Shown: positions 1-8,195, counted from the first letter of the stretch. The stretch: DNA of 37,792 bases from a virus (IMGVR_UViG_3300036046_000021:1-37792), one strand, 5' to 3'. The notes: generated from the sequence alone by a model not told the origin. Numbers and translations: made by a program.

Positions 1-652
1 GTTCCAGGTCCATTGCCCGCTGTGTGGGCATGTTGTAATACTCACCCTTTGATCCCAGGAATCCGCGATTGCGCAGCACCTTAAACAGCCGGTTCTGGCC
101 GATATCAATGCCGTTCTGTTTCAGCAGCTTTGCCAGCTCGCCGATCAGGATTGTGGTGGAAGATACCTCGACCGATTCGGCATAAAGTACCTTGGGCTTG
201 TCCTGCTCCACCTTCGCTTCCAGAGCCCGGCGGGCTGCCCGCTCTTCTTTCAGCTTGGTTGCCGCCTCAATGAGTAGATCCGGGTTATCCAGTAGCTCGT
301 CAGCAGCATACATGCCCGTCTTCCGGATGACTGGCAGCACCTCGTCGAATATCCAGCGCTCGAATCGCTCCGCCTTCGCTTTGACGGCAGGGCTGCGGGA
401 TTGATCTGCAGCTTTGACGATCAGGCGGTATACGTCACCTTCTGGAACGATCTTTGTATCCTGCTCCCCACCGCTTGTAAGGACACGGTAACTTACCGCC
501 CCCTTGCAGTGAGCTGATACAGCTTCATAAGGTCGGGCGTACTCCAGAGACTTTGCAACATCGTTGCCAACAAAGTGAGTCTTTCCCTCCAGATCGATTG
601 TCCGGACTTCCCCGAACTCAGGATGATTGAAGATTATGGGTTGATTTGGCAC
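1..652 (-). CDS. Phage antirepressor (BRO-N + ANT/KilAC), 5' part; runs off window start
   Basis: Manual translation from GTG at 652 (SD GAGGAG): MPNQPIIFNHPEFGEVRTI...FVGNDVAKSL...AERFERWIFDEVLPVIRKTGMY...KPKVLYAESV...IGELAKLLKQNGIDIGQNRLF...YNMPTQRAMDLE; absent from ORF track. Confidence 0.93.
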   Translation of the reverse strand, partial: MPNQPIIFNHPEFGEVRTIDLEGKTHFVGNDVAKSLEYARPYEAVSAHCKGAVSYRVLTSGGEQDTKIVPEGDVYRLIVKAADQSRSPAVKAKAERFERWIFDEVLPVIRKTGMYAADELLDNPDLLIEAATKLKEERAARRALEAKVEQDKPKVLYAESVEVSSTTILIGELAKLLKQNGIDIGQNRLFKVLRNRGFLGSKGEYYNMPTQRAMDLE

Positions 653-818
653 GTTGTCTCTCCTCTCGGTGTTTTTTCAGCAGCTTTCGGTAAAACCGTT
701 TATACAGCCGCTTTCTTCTGACCCAGTCGGTCTGGCCGACTTCTCTACACCACGGACCATTAAATTCAATCTGCACTCCTAATGCTGCGGCCTTATCCAG
801 GAGAGTTTGAGCTTCCAT
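618..818 (-). CDS. Small basic hypothetical early protein (66 aa)
   Basis: 3' part of track ORF 618..953; ATG 818 with GGAG SD; overlaps neighbours. Confidence 0.6.
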   Translation of the reverse strand: MEAQTLLDKAAALGVQIEFNGPWCREVGQTDWVRRKRLYKRFYRKLLKKHREERQRAKSTHNLQSS

Positions 819-1089
819 GCTGATCACACTCCAGTGATGTAATAAACCGGACCTCAACATCATCAATAATCGCCTGCAGCTGATTGTCCCCGGCGTGATG
901 CCGGCGAAACATGGATATAATCTGCCGGAGCAGATCCGGCGGCGCCCCGGCATCCAGGCAGGATTGCATGGTCACCTGAATGTTATAAGCGTCAACGCTC
1001 TGCTGCAGGTACTTCCGGCTGCCCCAGCTGCTGTTTAATAGACGGCGCTGGGATTCATGGATTGCAGCGTTATCTGGCTTCTTGTCCAC
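793..1089 (-). CDS. Hypothetical early protein
   Basis: GTG start with AAGGGAG SD, operon context. Confidence 0.7.
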   Translation of the reverse strand: MDKKPDNAAIHESQRRLLNSSWGSRKYLQQSVDAYNIQVTMQSCLDAGAPPDLLRQIISMFRRHHAGDNQLQAIIDDVEVRFITSLECDQHGSSNSPG

Positions 1090-1110
1090 GGCCTTACTCC
1101 CTTCCTGTTT

Positions 1111-1428
1111 TTAGCGGACCAGTTTTGAAGGACGGCTGTTTAGGTTTTCGAAATGAGAATCAAGAAATTTACGCATTCCAGATGCCTTGAACATCCAGCG
1201 TCCTCCTTCACCGCCATTAGAAATGCCTTTCATGTCCTGCTGATATACTGGGTTCAAGAGGATGTTGGCGATTAACCAATCTCTCTTTCTGCACGTCTCA
1301 GCTTCAAGGCGTTTCATGTCCCACCAAGCGCCCGGTTCTACATCTTGAACAAGGCGCTTAACTTCAGCTTCCGCCAGCCTCCGGACATAATCCTGGTCAA
1401 TCATAACCTGAATGATTGGTGGCTCCAT
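1111..1428 (-). CDS. DUF771-like DNA-binding protein (possible excisionase-like)
   Basis: WWDMKRLE...RDWLIANILLNP...GRWMFKASGMRKFL pattern; directly after Cro-like gene. Confidence 0.7.
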   Translation of the reverse strand: MEPPIIQVMIDQDYVRRLAEAEVKRLVQDVEPGAWWDMKRLEAETCRKRDWLIANILLNPVYQQDMKGISNGGEGGRWMFKASGMRKFLDSHFENLNSRPSKLVR

Positions 1429-1633
1429 GAGGTTCGACCTCCTTCGAAAATAAATATTCGATAGGGTATTCCGGAAACAGAGACCTTTTGATTTGAAAAG
1501 CCTCGCTCAATGTAAATTGAGTTTTCCCGTTTGTTTTATCGACGATTGTGGCATAGCGTACTCCGAGTATTTTTTGCAAATCCCCCTTCTTGATTTTCTT
1601 CCTCGCCATCTCAGCCTCCAAGTTCGGGAACAT
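1397..1633 (-). CDS. Cro-like XRE HTH regulator
   Basis: MFPNLEAEMARKKI...K.NGKTQFTLSEAFQIK...IEYLF; SD GAGGAGG before ATG 1633; divergent from repressor. Confidence 0.85.
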   Translation of the reverse strand: MFPNLEAEMARKKIKKGDLQKILGVRYATIVDKTNGKTQFTLSEAFQIKRSLFPEYPIEYLFSKEVEPHGATNHSGYD

Positions 1634-1653
1634 TATTTCCCTCCTCTCGGTGT

Positions 1654-1790
1654 TCAATTTCGTATTTCGTTATCAGATTATACTCAATTTCGTATTAAGT
1701 CAACTCTTTAATTGATATAAAACACGATTATGAGCATTTACTTTTCAGTAAGTTCCAGTTATAATCGTCTCATGTACGAAATAACGTATT
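1654..1790. promoter_or_regulatory. Genetic switch: divergent sigmaA promoters and repeated operators
   Basis: + strand TTTACT(1737)-N17-TATAAT(1760); - strand TTGACT(1703-1698) with TATAAT/TAATCT; TCAATTTCGTATT repeated at 1654 and 1684 and related TACGAAATAACGTA at 1775. Confidence 0.75.
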
Positions 1791-1817
1791 ATTAATACGG
1801 GTTAGGGAGGATAAGTC

Positions 1818-2207
1818 GTGCGGAGGGCCGAAGTTGTTAAAAGAATGATTGAAGATACAGGACTGAGCCAGAAAGCATTTGCAGAAAAAGCAGGGCTCCC
1901 TTATACAACTTTGCGTTCTATGCTAAACAGAGGGTTTGGCGGAGCTGCGGTTGACAATGTAATCAAGGTTACAAAAGCGTTAGGAATTACTGTGGATGAA
2001 TTAGAGCGTTTATCTGGGGCGGAAGAGATCGGGGCCGTGAACGATTCTATCCCTCTCTCTGCTGCTGAAATTGCAGAATTCGAGGATTTTATAAGCAACC
2101 CGGATAATAATTTATTTTTTAAAGAACTGATTGAGTCACCTGAAAAAAGAATTGAGGATCTGCGTAAGGTTTGGGAAATCATCAAACGTACATCTGAAAA
2201 CGAGTAA
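1818..2207 (+). CDS. Immunity repressor (ImmR/CI-like XRE HTH, no S24 peptidase domain)
   Basis: LSQKAFAEKAGLPYTTLRSML...LGITVDEL HTH; GGGAGG SD; upstream of ImmA-like protease and integrase. Confidence 0.88.
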   Translation: MRRAEVVKRMIEDTGLSQKAFAEKAGLPYTTLRSMLNRGFGGAAVDNVIKVTKALGITVDELERLSGAEEIGAVNDSIPLSAAEIAEFEDFISNPDNNLFFKELIESPEKRIEDLRKVWEIIKRTSENE

Positions 2208-2256
2208 TTCATTCTGTAGCATCAGCTGCCGTGCTGATTCTGCACACCCATTGATA

Positions 2257-2270
2257 CGAACAAACATTCC
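2257..2270. promoter_or_regulatory. LexA (SOS/Cheo) box upstream of ImmA-like gene
   Basis: CGAACAAACATTCC, one mismatch to Bacillus consensus CGAACRNRYGTTYC. Confidence 0.6.
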
Positions 2271-2286
2271 CTTCAGGGAGGACATT

Positions 2287-3180
2287 ATGATCAAACATTA
2301 CAAAACAACCCATCTTGAAGATTTCGTCGAACAACTGTACATAGAGCATAAAATCTTAACACCTGCAGATATCAATGTCCTAACCATATCCGGAAGAATG
2401 AAAATAACCGTGAAGTATGCAGATTTAAAACAAATGAAAGGCGTTTCTTTTCATACAAATTCCAAGAACACCATTATTCTGCTGGACAAGAATAGAACGG
2501 CTAGAGAACAGAGAATTGATTTCTTTCACGAGTTAGGACACCTACTTCGTCATGCTGGCAACCAACTAATAATGCCAGAACTTTTTATACGGCACCAAGA
2601 GGCAGACACAGAAATGTTCTTGATGTATGCCGTTATGCCGATCAGCATGATAAAGCGGCTGGACCTCTCTCCGGACCGCCAACAGGCCATACAACAATTG
2701 GCTGAAACGTTTACGGTCGGGACAGAGCTTGCCAGCAAGCGGTACGATCAGATTTTACGCCGTGAGATCGAAGGTTCATTATTTACCAAAACAGCAGCGG
2801 CTGGAAGTTCGAGAAAGGAGGGATTCCCTGTTGATCTACCACATACACAGTTCTTAGTTTATTACGATCCTACTGGATCAATGGATGGACCTGCGCAAAT
2901 TGTTGCCTATTTGGATGAGTGGACGCTTTTAAATTGTCGTGAAATAGAATTGCCTATAGGTGAGCGGCTGTCGGAGATTGATCTTGAAGAAATGAGCCGA
3001 ATTGATTGCGTACCAGTCCTTAGTAAGGATGTTATCTGCTTTGATGGAATCGTGACACTACAGATTCACCAACTTTTGTACAGGTATGGCACGAAGAAAA
3101 GCTGCTTTGTTATTCATATGAATGACGTTGAAATGAAAATCGCAAGGGATCAGGCAATGATCAGGAATTTATCATGGTAA
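2287..3180 (+). CDS. ImmA/IrrE-family metallo-endopeptidase (anti-repressor) with C-terminal extension
   Basis: RIDFFHELGHLLRH HExxH motif; SD GGGAGG before ATG 2287; between repressor and integrase. Confidence 0.88.
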   Translation: MIKHYKTTHLEDFVEQLYIEHKILTPADINVLTISGRMKITVKYADLKQMKGVSFHTNSKNTIILLDKNRTAREQRIDFFHELGHLLRHAGNQLIMPELFIRHQEADTEMFLMYAVMPISMIKRLDLSPDRQQAIQQLAETFTVGTELASKRYDQILRREIEGSLFTKTAAAGSSRKEGFPVDLPHTQFLVYYDPTGSMDGPAQIVAYLDEWTLLNCREIELPIGERLSEIDLEEMSRIDCVPVLSKDVICFDGIVTLQIHQLLYRYGTKKSCFVIHMNDVEMKIARDQAMIRNLSW

Positions 3181-3192
3181 GGAGGTAATGTT

Positions 3193-4386
3193 TTGGCCAG
3201 TTTCCAAAAGTACGACACCAAAGACGGTACTCGCTGGCTCTACAAGTATTATGGGGCGATCAACCCTGAGACCGGAAAGCGCAGGCAGTCTACAAAACGA
3301 GGGTTCAGGACAAAAAAAGAAGCGCAGCTCGATGCGGCACAGACTGAAAAGGAAGTTGCGGACGGAAGCTTTGTTGCACAAGATCGGAATATGACCTTTG
3401 AGGAGGTGTACAAGCAGTGGTATGCTCTGAACTCACCTAATTTTAAGCCCAGTACAAAAAAAGCCGTGCAAAGCAAATTCAAGCAGCAGATTCTTCCCCA
3501 CTTCGGAAAAATTAAGTTGATGGATATTACGCGGAGTTATTGTCAGGAGGTTGTGAACAAAATAGCCGCCAAGATCAAGACGGCTGACGAGATGCGGATG
3601 TACGCCAATCAGATTTTTGACTATGCCGTAAAGATGGACATCATTTCACGCAATCCAATGCGTGATGCGATTGTACCGAAGCGACAAGCAGATCACTTCG
3701 CCGCACGAGAAGATATCCGGAATTTCTGGGAGAGAAATGAAGTTATTCGGTTCCTTGGTGCCGCCAAGCAAGATCTTGAATTCCGCGACTACGTTTTATT
3801 TCACTTCTTGCTCTATAGCGGGGCCCGAAAAGGTGAAGCTCTTTCTCTTCGCTGGAGTGATATTGACTTTAAAAAGAGGACGGTCAGCCTATCAAAGACT
3901 TTGTTCCACGATAATGATGAATTTCAATTCTTGACCTCTAAAACGGCCTCCTCCAGGCGCGTGTTAAGCTTGGACGAATCAACACTCGGATTACTACGAA
4001 AACGCCGCTCAGAGGCAAATAGCGGTCCTGTGATGCCCTTTCTTAGCAAAGACGATAGGTTAGTGTTTGCTCATGAGAACGGACAGCCGCTGAGACTGGC
4101 ACTTCCAAATGACATGCTGAAACGATTGATCCGCGACCACGATCTACAACCAATCACTGTCCACGGTCTGAGGCACACTCATGCATCCATGCTATTTGAA
4201 GCCGGTGCGTCTATTAAAGAAGTACAAGAACGGCTTGGTCACTCAGACATCAAGATGACCATGAACATATATACTCACGTCACCAAGGCAGCGAAGGAAA
4301 AGACGGCCGACCGCTTTGCAAAATTCATGGAATCCGGCCCACAGGAGACGACACAGGAGGTGGTCACGGATGGTCAGGAAAAATAA
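3193..4386 (+). CDS. int: Tyrosine integrase with N-terminal arm-binding domain
   Basis: GARKGEAL, HGLRHTHAS, RLGHS, TMNIYTH catalytic motifs; N-terminal TKRGFRTKKEA. Confidence 0.97.
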   Translation: MASFQKYDTKDGTRWLYKYYGAINPETGKRRQSTKRGFRTKKEAQLDAAQTEKEVADGSFVAQDRNMTFEEVYKQWYALNSPNFKPSTKKAVQSKFKQQILPHFGKIKLMDITRSYCQEVVNKIAAKIKTADEMRMYANQIFDYAVKMDIISRNPMRDAIVPKRQADHFAAREDIRNFWERNEVIRFLGAAKQDLEFRDYVLFHFLLYSGARKGEALSLRWSDIDFKKRTVSLSKTLFHDNDEFQFLTSKTASSRRVLSLDESTLGLLRKRRSEANSGPVMPFLSKDDRLVFAHENGQPLRLALPNDMLKRLIRDHDLQPITVHGLRHTHASMLFEAGASIKEVQERLGHSDIKMTMNIYTHVTKAAKEKTADRFAKFMESGPQETTQEVVTDGQEK

Positions 4387-4659
4387 ATATGGTCAAAATA
4401 TGGTCACGATATGTCCAGTGGATAAATTTAAAGCCCCTGACCATATAGGCCAAGAGCTCCAAACCATTGATGTTATGCGATTATTAACGTTTCGAGAACT
4501 GTGGAGCACGACGAGCAGCTTTGAGGCCGTATTTCTTACGTTCTTAAATATTGATCTCGGAACAGTTAGGTTCACCGTATTATAATAGGAAATGTTTCGT
4601 TTTGGGTTCCGATTAATTCAGATAAAAAATGATACGAGTATGGTCAAAATATGGTCACG
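4361..4659. other. attP with integrase arm-type repeats
   Basis: 21-bp direct repeat TATGGTCAAAATATGGTCACG at 4388-4408 and 4639-4659; extra TGGTCA at 4361 and 4371; inverted copy TGACCATAT 4438-4446; flank a host-gene fragment. Confidence 0.88.
4484..4545 (-). pseudogene. rpsI: 3'-terminal fragment of 30S ribosomal protein S9 gene (attP common core)
   Basis: Minus strand reads ERKKYGLKAARRAPQFSKR*, the conserved S9 C-terminus; in-frame stop immediately upstream. Confidence 0.93.
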
Positions 4660-4849
4660 GTGATTTGGTTGTTGGGAGGCGATCAGCCAATAAATTTTTT
4701 TCTAATTCTGCGGTGTCTTGGATGATTTGCAAGAGGCTTTCCTCGGCCTCTTCTTTCGAACAACCGTCTTGCACTTGCATTAGTAGAAGAAAAAGACCGG
4801 CTCTTATTTTAGAAGTCATGTATAAGTCCATAATGTCGATCATTTTCAT
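4655..4849 (-). CDS. Small hypothetical protein (64 aa) divergent from HTH gene
   Basis: ATG 4849 with GAGAGG SD; 3' part of track ORF 4655..4978. Confidence 0.55.
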   Translation of the reverse strand: MKMIDIMDLYMTSKIRAGLFLLLMQVQDGCSKEEAEESLLQIIQDTAELEKNLLADRLPTTKSP

Positions 4850-4916
4850 GATTCCGCCTCTCTGATGTGTTATAATTCGCTCGTTATCACCCTTTCCAAA
4901 AAGGAGTATGGCGGCG

Positions 4917-5159
4917 ATGGCGCAGGGTCCACTTGGGAACTGCCAGCTGCAGAACTTACTCGACGAGAGAGGCATCACCCCGGCGGAATTTGCGCGCCGG
5001 ATCGGGTGGTCATCTCGAATGGTTTATCACTGGTGCAGTAACAAGCGCAAGATGAGCCTTGAGGCTGTTTACGCTGCATCACAATTTTTAGGAGTGCCGA
5101 TGGAGGCACTCTATGATTGGAATAAGCCGAGTAAGAAAGCACAGGCAGAGCGACAATAG
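4917..5159 (+). CDS. XRE-family HTH regulator
   Basis: LQNLLDERGITPAEFARRIGWSSRMVYHW...LGVPMEALY; AAGGAG SD; extended -10 TGtTATAAT at 4868-4876. Confidence 0.85.
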   Translation: MAQGPLGNCQLQNLLDERGITPAEFARRIGWSSRMVYHWCSNKRKMSLEAVYAASQFLGVPMEALYDWNKPSKKAQAERQ

Positions 5160-5342
5160 TCGCGCTCCCTGGTCGGAATCCGAACCTATACGTTCGCATG
5201 ACATCATTTTAGAATATTATTCTGGAATATACTGTCGCTAAATGTCGAAATACACTCCGGTAATTAAATACAAAGTTTAACATCATAAACCATTCATATA
5301 ACAACGAAATATATCCAGATGTAAGAGGAGGGAGTAATTCAA

Positions 5343-5927
5343 ATGAGTCAAGTAATTGAACTTTACGATAAAGTGGTATACTACAAAGGGAGATTGTGGA
5401 CTATATACGCTTTGACGGGAAATCACGACGGGGTGTTTGCATATCAAGGACTGAAGCCATACGGATCCTTCAGATACGACTCTAATCGTTCAGACCGCAA
5501 CATTTCATATTTCTCAATGAAAGAAGTATTGCCTTTAATTATTGAAGACGAAGATAAAATTGCTGAATGTGCGAGGGCGGAGAAGTTCGCTCAAGCAAAA
5601 AAACTCAATAAAAAAATGGCGGTTGAATTCCTCGCCAACTTAACAGGGCATGCCAAATCCAAGATCAATAGTGATATTGAAGAGAACCATAATAGCTTCA
5701 CGATCTTATTGGGACGAGTGCGTTATGATCTTTGGAAAAATGATGGCCGGCTTCAACTGCAGCATAATTTGCATGGAAGAACCATAGGCACTGCATTTGA
5801 TTTTGTGACCTGGAAACATGATAGTATGTATGATGATGCCCGAAAACAGCAACAAGATAATGAAGATAGGAAAGAGGCCATAGAGAATTACAAGCACAGA
5901 TACAATTGTTCGTGCGACCTGAAATAG
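5343..5927 (+). CDS. AT-rich hypothetical moron protein (194 aa)
   Basis: Strong SD GAGGAGG; opposite strand to lytic genes; followed by hairpin. Confidence 0.8.
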   Translation: MSQVIELYDKVVYYKGRLWTIYALTGNHDGVFAYQGLKPYGSFRYDSNRSDRNISYFSMKEVLPLIIEDEDKIAECARAEKFAQAKKLNKKMAVEFLANLTGHAKSKINSDIEENHNSFTILLGRVRYDLWKNDGRLQLQHNLHGRTIGTAFDFVTWKHDSMYDDARKQQQDNEDRKEAIENYKHRYNCSCDLK

Positions 5928-5939
5928 TTAGCACAAATA

Positions 5940-5966
5940 GCCCCTCCATTATCAGCCGGAGGGGTC
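5940..5966. terminator. Probable bidirectional terminator
   Basis: GCCCCTCC-N10-GGAGGGGT between convergent genes. Confidence 0.6.
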
Positions 5967-5970
5967 TTCT

Positions 5971-6363
5971 TCATTTCAGCAGCTGCCCGATCTCAGACGT
6001 ATATGCAGTGAGCCGCAGGCTTATCTGGGTCCTCATCACATCTCGCGTCATTCCAAACCGCTCTTGGTATCCCCGGTAATAAATCATGTAGTACAGTAAA
6101 AAATCCTCATTGGCATCGTCTACCACCTTGATGTTCCGCTGCTTCAGCTCCTGCTTCAGTTTATAAATGTCGGCCATGATTCGCTGCTGCAGATATCGTC
6201 CGGCCATGAGGTAGGTCTGCTTCAATATATTTCCCGACCGTTCTATTTCTACAATGCTCTTGCCAACCATCGTATCTATGTAAGGCAGTAGGATCAGATC
6301 CCGGACCATCTCTCGCTCCTCATTGCTCAACATCGTACTGCTGTATGTATGCTGGTCGCTCAC
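5971..6363 (-). CDS. Conserved-looking hypothetical protein, probably SOS-regulated
   Basis: GTG start with GGAGG SD; TATAAT at 6389-6384 and LexA box upstream. Confidence 0.8.
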   Translation of the reverse strand: MSDQHTYSSTMLSNEEREMVRDLILLPYIDTMVGKSIVEIERSGNILKQTYLMAGRYLQQRIMADIYKLKQELKQRNIKVVDDANEDFLLYYMIYYRGYQERFGMTRDVMRTQISLRLTAYTSEIGQLLK

Positions 6364-6383
6364 AAAATCGCCTCCATGGGCTT

Positions 6384-6415
6384 ATTATACGCGAACGAAT
6401 GTTCTTTTATCCACA
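6384..6415 (-). promoter_or_regulatory. Promoter with LexA box and adjacent DnaA box
   Basis: -10 TATAAT (6384-6389); CGAACGAATGTTCT (6392-6405; GAAC-N4-GTTC); TTATCCACA (6407-6415). Confidence 0.7.
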
Positions 6416-6448
6416 CAAAAAAAGCCCCTGCACAGAGCAGAGGCTTCT
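6416..6448 (-). terminator. Intrinsic terminator after lysis cassette
   Basis: AGCCTCTGC-loop-GCAGGGGCT followed by a T-run on minus strand. Confidence 0.8.
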
Positions 6449-6503
6449 CACCGGTTCTTCCGGTTTTGGTAGATTTAGAATACCATATGCTGGGAGTGAA
6501 TGT

Positions 6504-6782
6504 CTACTCTTTTGTGGTGCCGTCGCGCTTTGAAAACGCCAGCTCGAACAGGCCGGTAGCAGAGAGCCCGGCCAATGCTCCAGACCAAAGCCTCAGTACC
6601 AAGTCAAGCTCGGTAAACGGGTAAGCAACCCATCCGATCAGCAAGCCTACTACCAAGCCCATTGCCGGCAGTGCGTTACGGCGCACATTGATGGTCCGTT
6701 TGATAGCCTCAACGGCAGCCAGGACGAATACCGCAATTACAGTGGCGAATGCCAGTACACTGGTCAGGACTTCATTCTGCAT
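6504..6782 (-). CDS. Holin
   Basis: 92 aa with hydrophobic segments, LWSGALAGLSATGLFE motif, next to endolysin. Confidence 0.88.
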   Translation of the reverse strand: MQNEVLTSVLAFATVIAVFVLAAVEAIKRTINVRRNALPAMGLVVGLLIGWVAYPFTELDLVLRLWSGALAGLSATGLFELAFSKRDGTTKE

Positions 6783-6784
6783 AA

Positions 6785-7531
6785 TTATTTCCCCCTCTCT
6801 ATATCTACACGCAGCTGCTCTTTCTTCCAGTCCACACTGGCGCCGAGTGCTTCAGCCACTACTCGAACAGGCAGGTACGTTACACCTGCTTCCAGCTTAC
6901 CGTCTCCAACTTTCACGCCATCAACATAAACGCCGACTTTAACATCCTGATCCAAGCTCTTAGCCTCCTTCTTTTTCTGCAGGCCAGCTGCCTCGACGAT
7001 CCCGGCCACTATGGCTGCAGCACATTTACGCCGGTAATCATCCGATTTGAGCAGCGCGGCCTCCTCTTTATTGGTCATAAAGCCGCACTCAACCAGGATA
7101 GAGACTGCCTTGGCTTCGCGGACCATATGGAAGTTCTCGGCCTTCACGCCCCGATCATACAGCCCGGTGACCTTGATAAGCTGCCGCTGTACGGCCGTAG
7201 CCAACGCCACTGCGCTCGCCGCTCGGCTGGTATAGGTAAATGTCTCTATTCCGCGTGCTGAGCCCCAGCTGGAGCCCATTGCGTTTGCATGGATTGAGAC
7301 AAGCAGGTCTGCTCCCCACTTGTTCGCTGCATCGGTGCGCTCCTTGAGAGATACGTCCCGGCTGCCGTCGTCAGCGTGGGTAAAAAGCGTCTGCACACCT
7401 TCATAGTCCAATAGGCCTGTCCGGACGTACCGGGCGACCACGCTGTTAAAACTGAATTCTCTCATGCTATCATCCGGGCAACGTTTTCCCGACGTCTGCG
7501 GGCCGTGTCCAGCGTCAATTGCAATCTTCAT
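6785..7531 (-). CDS. Endolysin, N-acetylmuramoyl-L-alanine amidase (Amidase_3) with C-terminal Cu-amine-oxidase-N-like domain
   Basis: IDAGHG, SIHANA, ILVECGFMTN motifs; C-terminal TYLPVRVVAEALGASVDW; ATG 7531 with GGAGG SD. Confidence 0.93.
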   Translation of the reverse strand: MKIAIDAGHGPQTSGKRCPDDSMREFSFNSVVARYVRTGLLDYEGVQTLFTHADDGSRDVSLKERTDAANKWGADLLVSIHANAMGSSWGSARGIETFTYTSRAASAVALATAVQRQLIKVTGLYDRGVKAENFHMVREAKAVSILVECGFMTNKEEAALLKSDDYRRKCAAAIVAGIVEAAGLQKKKEAKSLDQDVKVGVYVDGVKVGDGKLEAGVTYLPVRVVAEALGASVDWKKEQLRVDIERGK

Positions 7532-7935
7532 TACTGACCGCCTCCTAAAAAGATATATCCTACAATGGCGATAATCGTCCCGGACAGTACCCACTTGAGC
7601 AAATCCGTCCAGACCTTCCTCTCAGCTGCGCTGTCTTTTCTGCCGTCGCGGAGCAGACTGAATATTTTGGTATCCAGACTATCAATCTTGCCCATGATGT
7701 TTGCGTACTGCACTTTCATCTCAATCGTAGTTTCTTTGAGTTGAATAATACTCTGCTCATGCCGGCTCACACTTTCCTCAAGTACTTTCAGCCGCTTATC
7801 TGCTACGGTAGATTCGCTGGACAGCCTTAGAAATTCATTCTTCATGCTCTCCAGGTTCTTCTCCACATCTTCGATACGCTTCTCCAAAACTACACCTCCA
7901 GCCCCTCCTCTTTGATTTGCTCCCCCGTCGGACAT
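7531..7935 (-). CDS. XhlA-like lysis-associated membrane protein
   Basis: Coiled coil plus single C-terminal TM (KWVLSGTIIAIVGYIF) upstream of endolysin. Confidence 0.65.
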   Translation of the reverse strand: MSDGGANQRGGAGGVVLEKRIEDVEKNLESMKNEFLRLSSESTVADKRLKVLEESVSRHEQSIIQLKETTIEMKVQYANIMGKIDSLDTKIFSLLRDGRKDSAAERKVWTDLLKWVLSGTIIAIVGYIFLGGGQ

Positions 7936-7979
7936 TTTGACCGCTCCCTCTCTCTATGTGATGTATATAAAAGATACGC

Positions 7980-8180
7980 CTACTGGGGCGTGTCTTTGGT
8001 TTTGTCTCCTGCCGGTTGCAGGTCCTTAATTCTATCCTCGATGGAAGCCTTAACCTTCTCAAGCAATTGGATTTCTCCCCCGGGGTGGAACGCGCATACT
8101 GCAGATATGACTGCGCAAATGTCGTTTACGCTGGGCTCCATTTCAACAACCATTTTGTTCTGCACTCTTATCACTCTCAT
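7980..8180 (-). CDS. Small hypothetical protein
   Basis: 66 aa ORF with AAAGG SD between tail and lysis genes. Confidence 0.65.
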   Translation of the reverse strand: MRVIRVQNKMVVEMEPSVNDICAVISAVCAFHPGGEIQLLEKVKASIEDRIKDLQPAGDKTKDTPQ

Positions 8181-8195
8181 CAGCCTTTCCGTAAC

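Noticed and set aside
2131-2286. ORF-track N-terminal extensions (ImmA from 2131; also 7594, 8818, 10512, 24842, 26208, 36225, 37605)
   Set aside because: Better SD-supported or coupled starts lie downstream; extensions overlap other genes or regulatory sites
4388-4659. 21-bp direct repeats as attL/attR or IS target duplication
   Set aside because: Internally tandem TGGTCA units flanking the rpsI core fit integrase arm sites of an attP
5181-5196. Canonical LexA box
   Set aside because: Half sites separated by 6 nt instead of 4; kept only as an unexplained inverted repeat
1818-6363. Arbitrium (AimR/AimP) or Rap/Phr communication system
   Set aside because: No TPR/RRNPP receptor or adjacent short signal-peptide gene found
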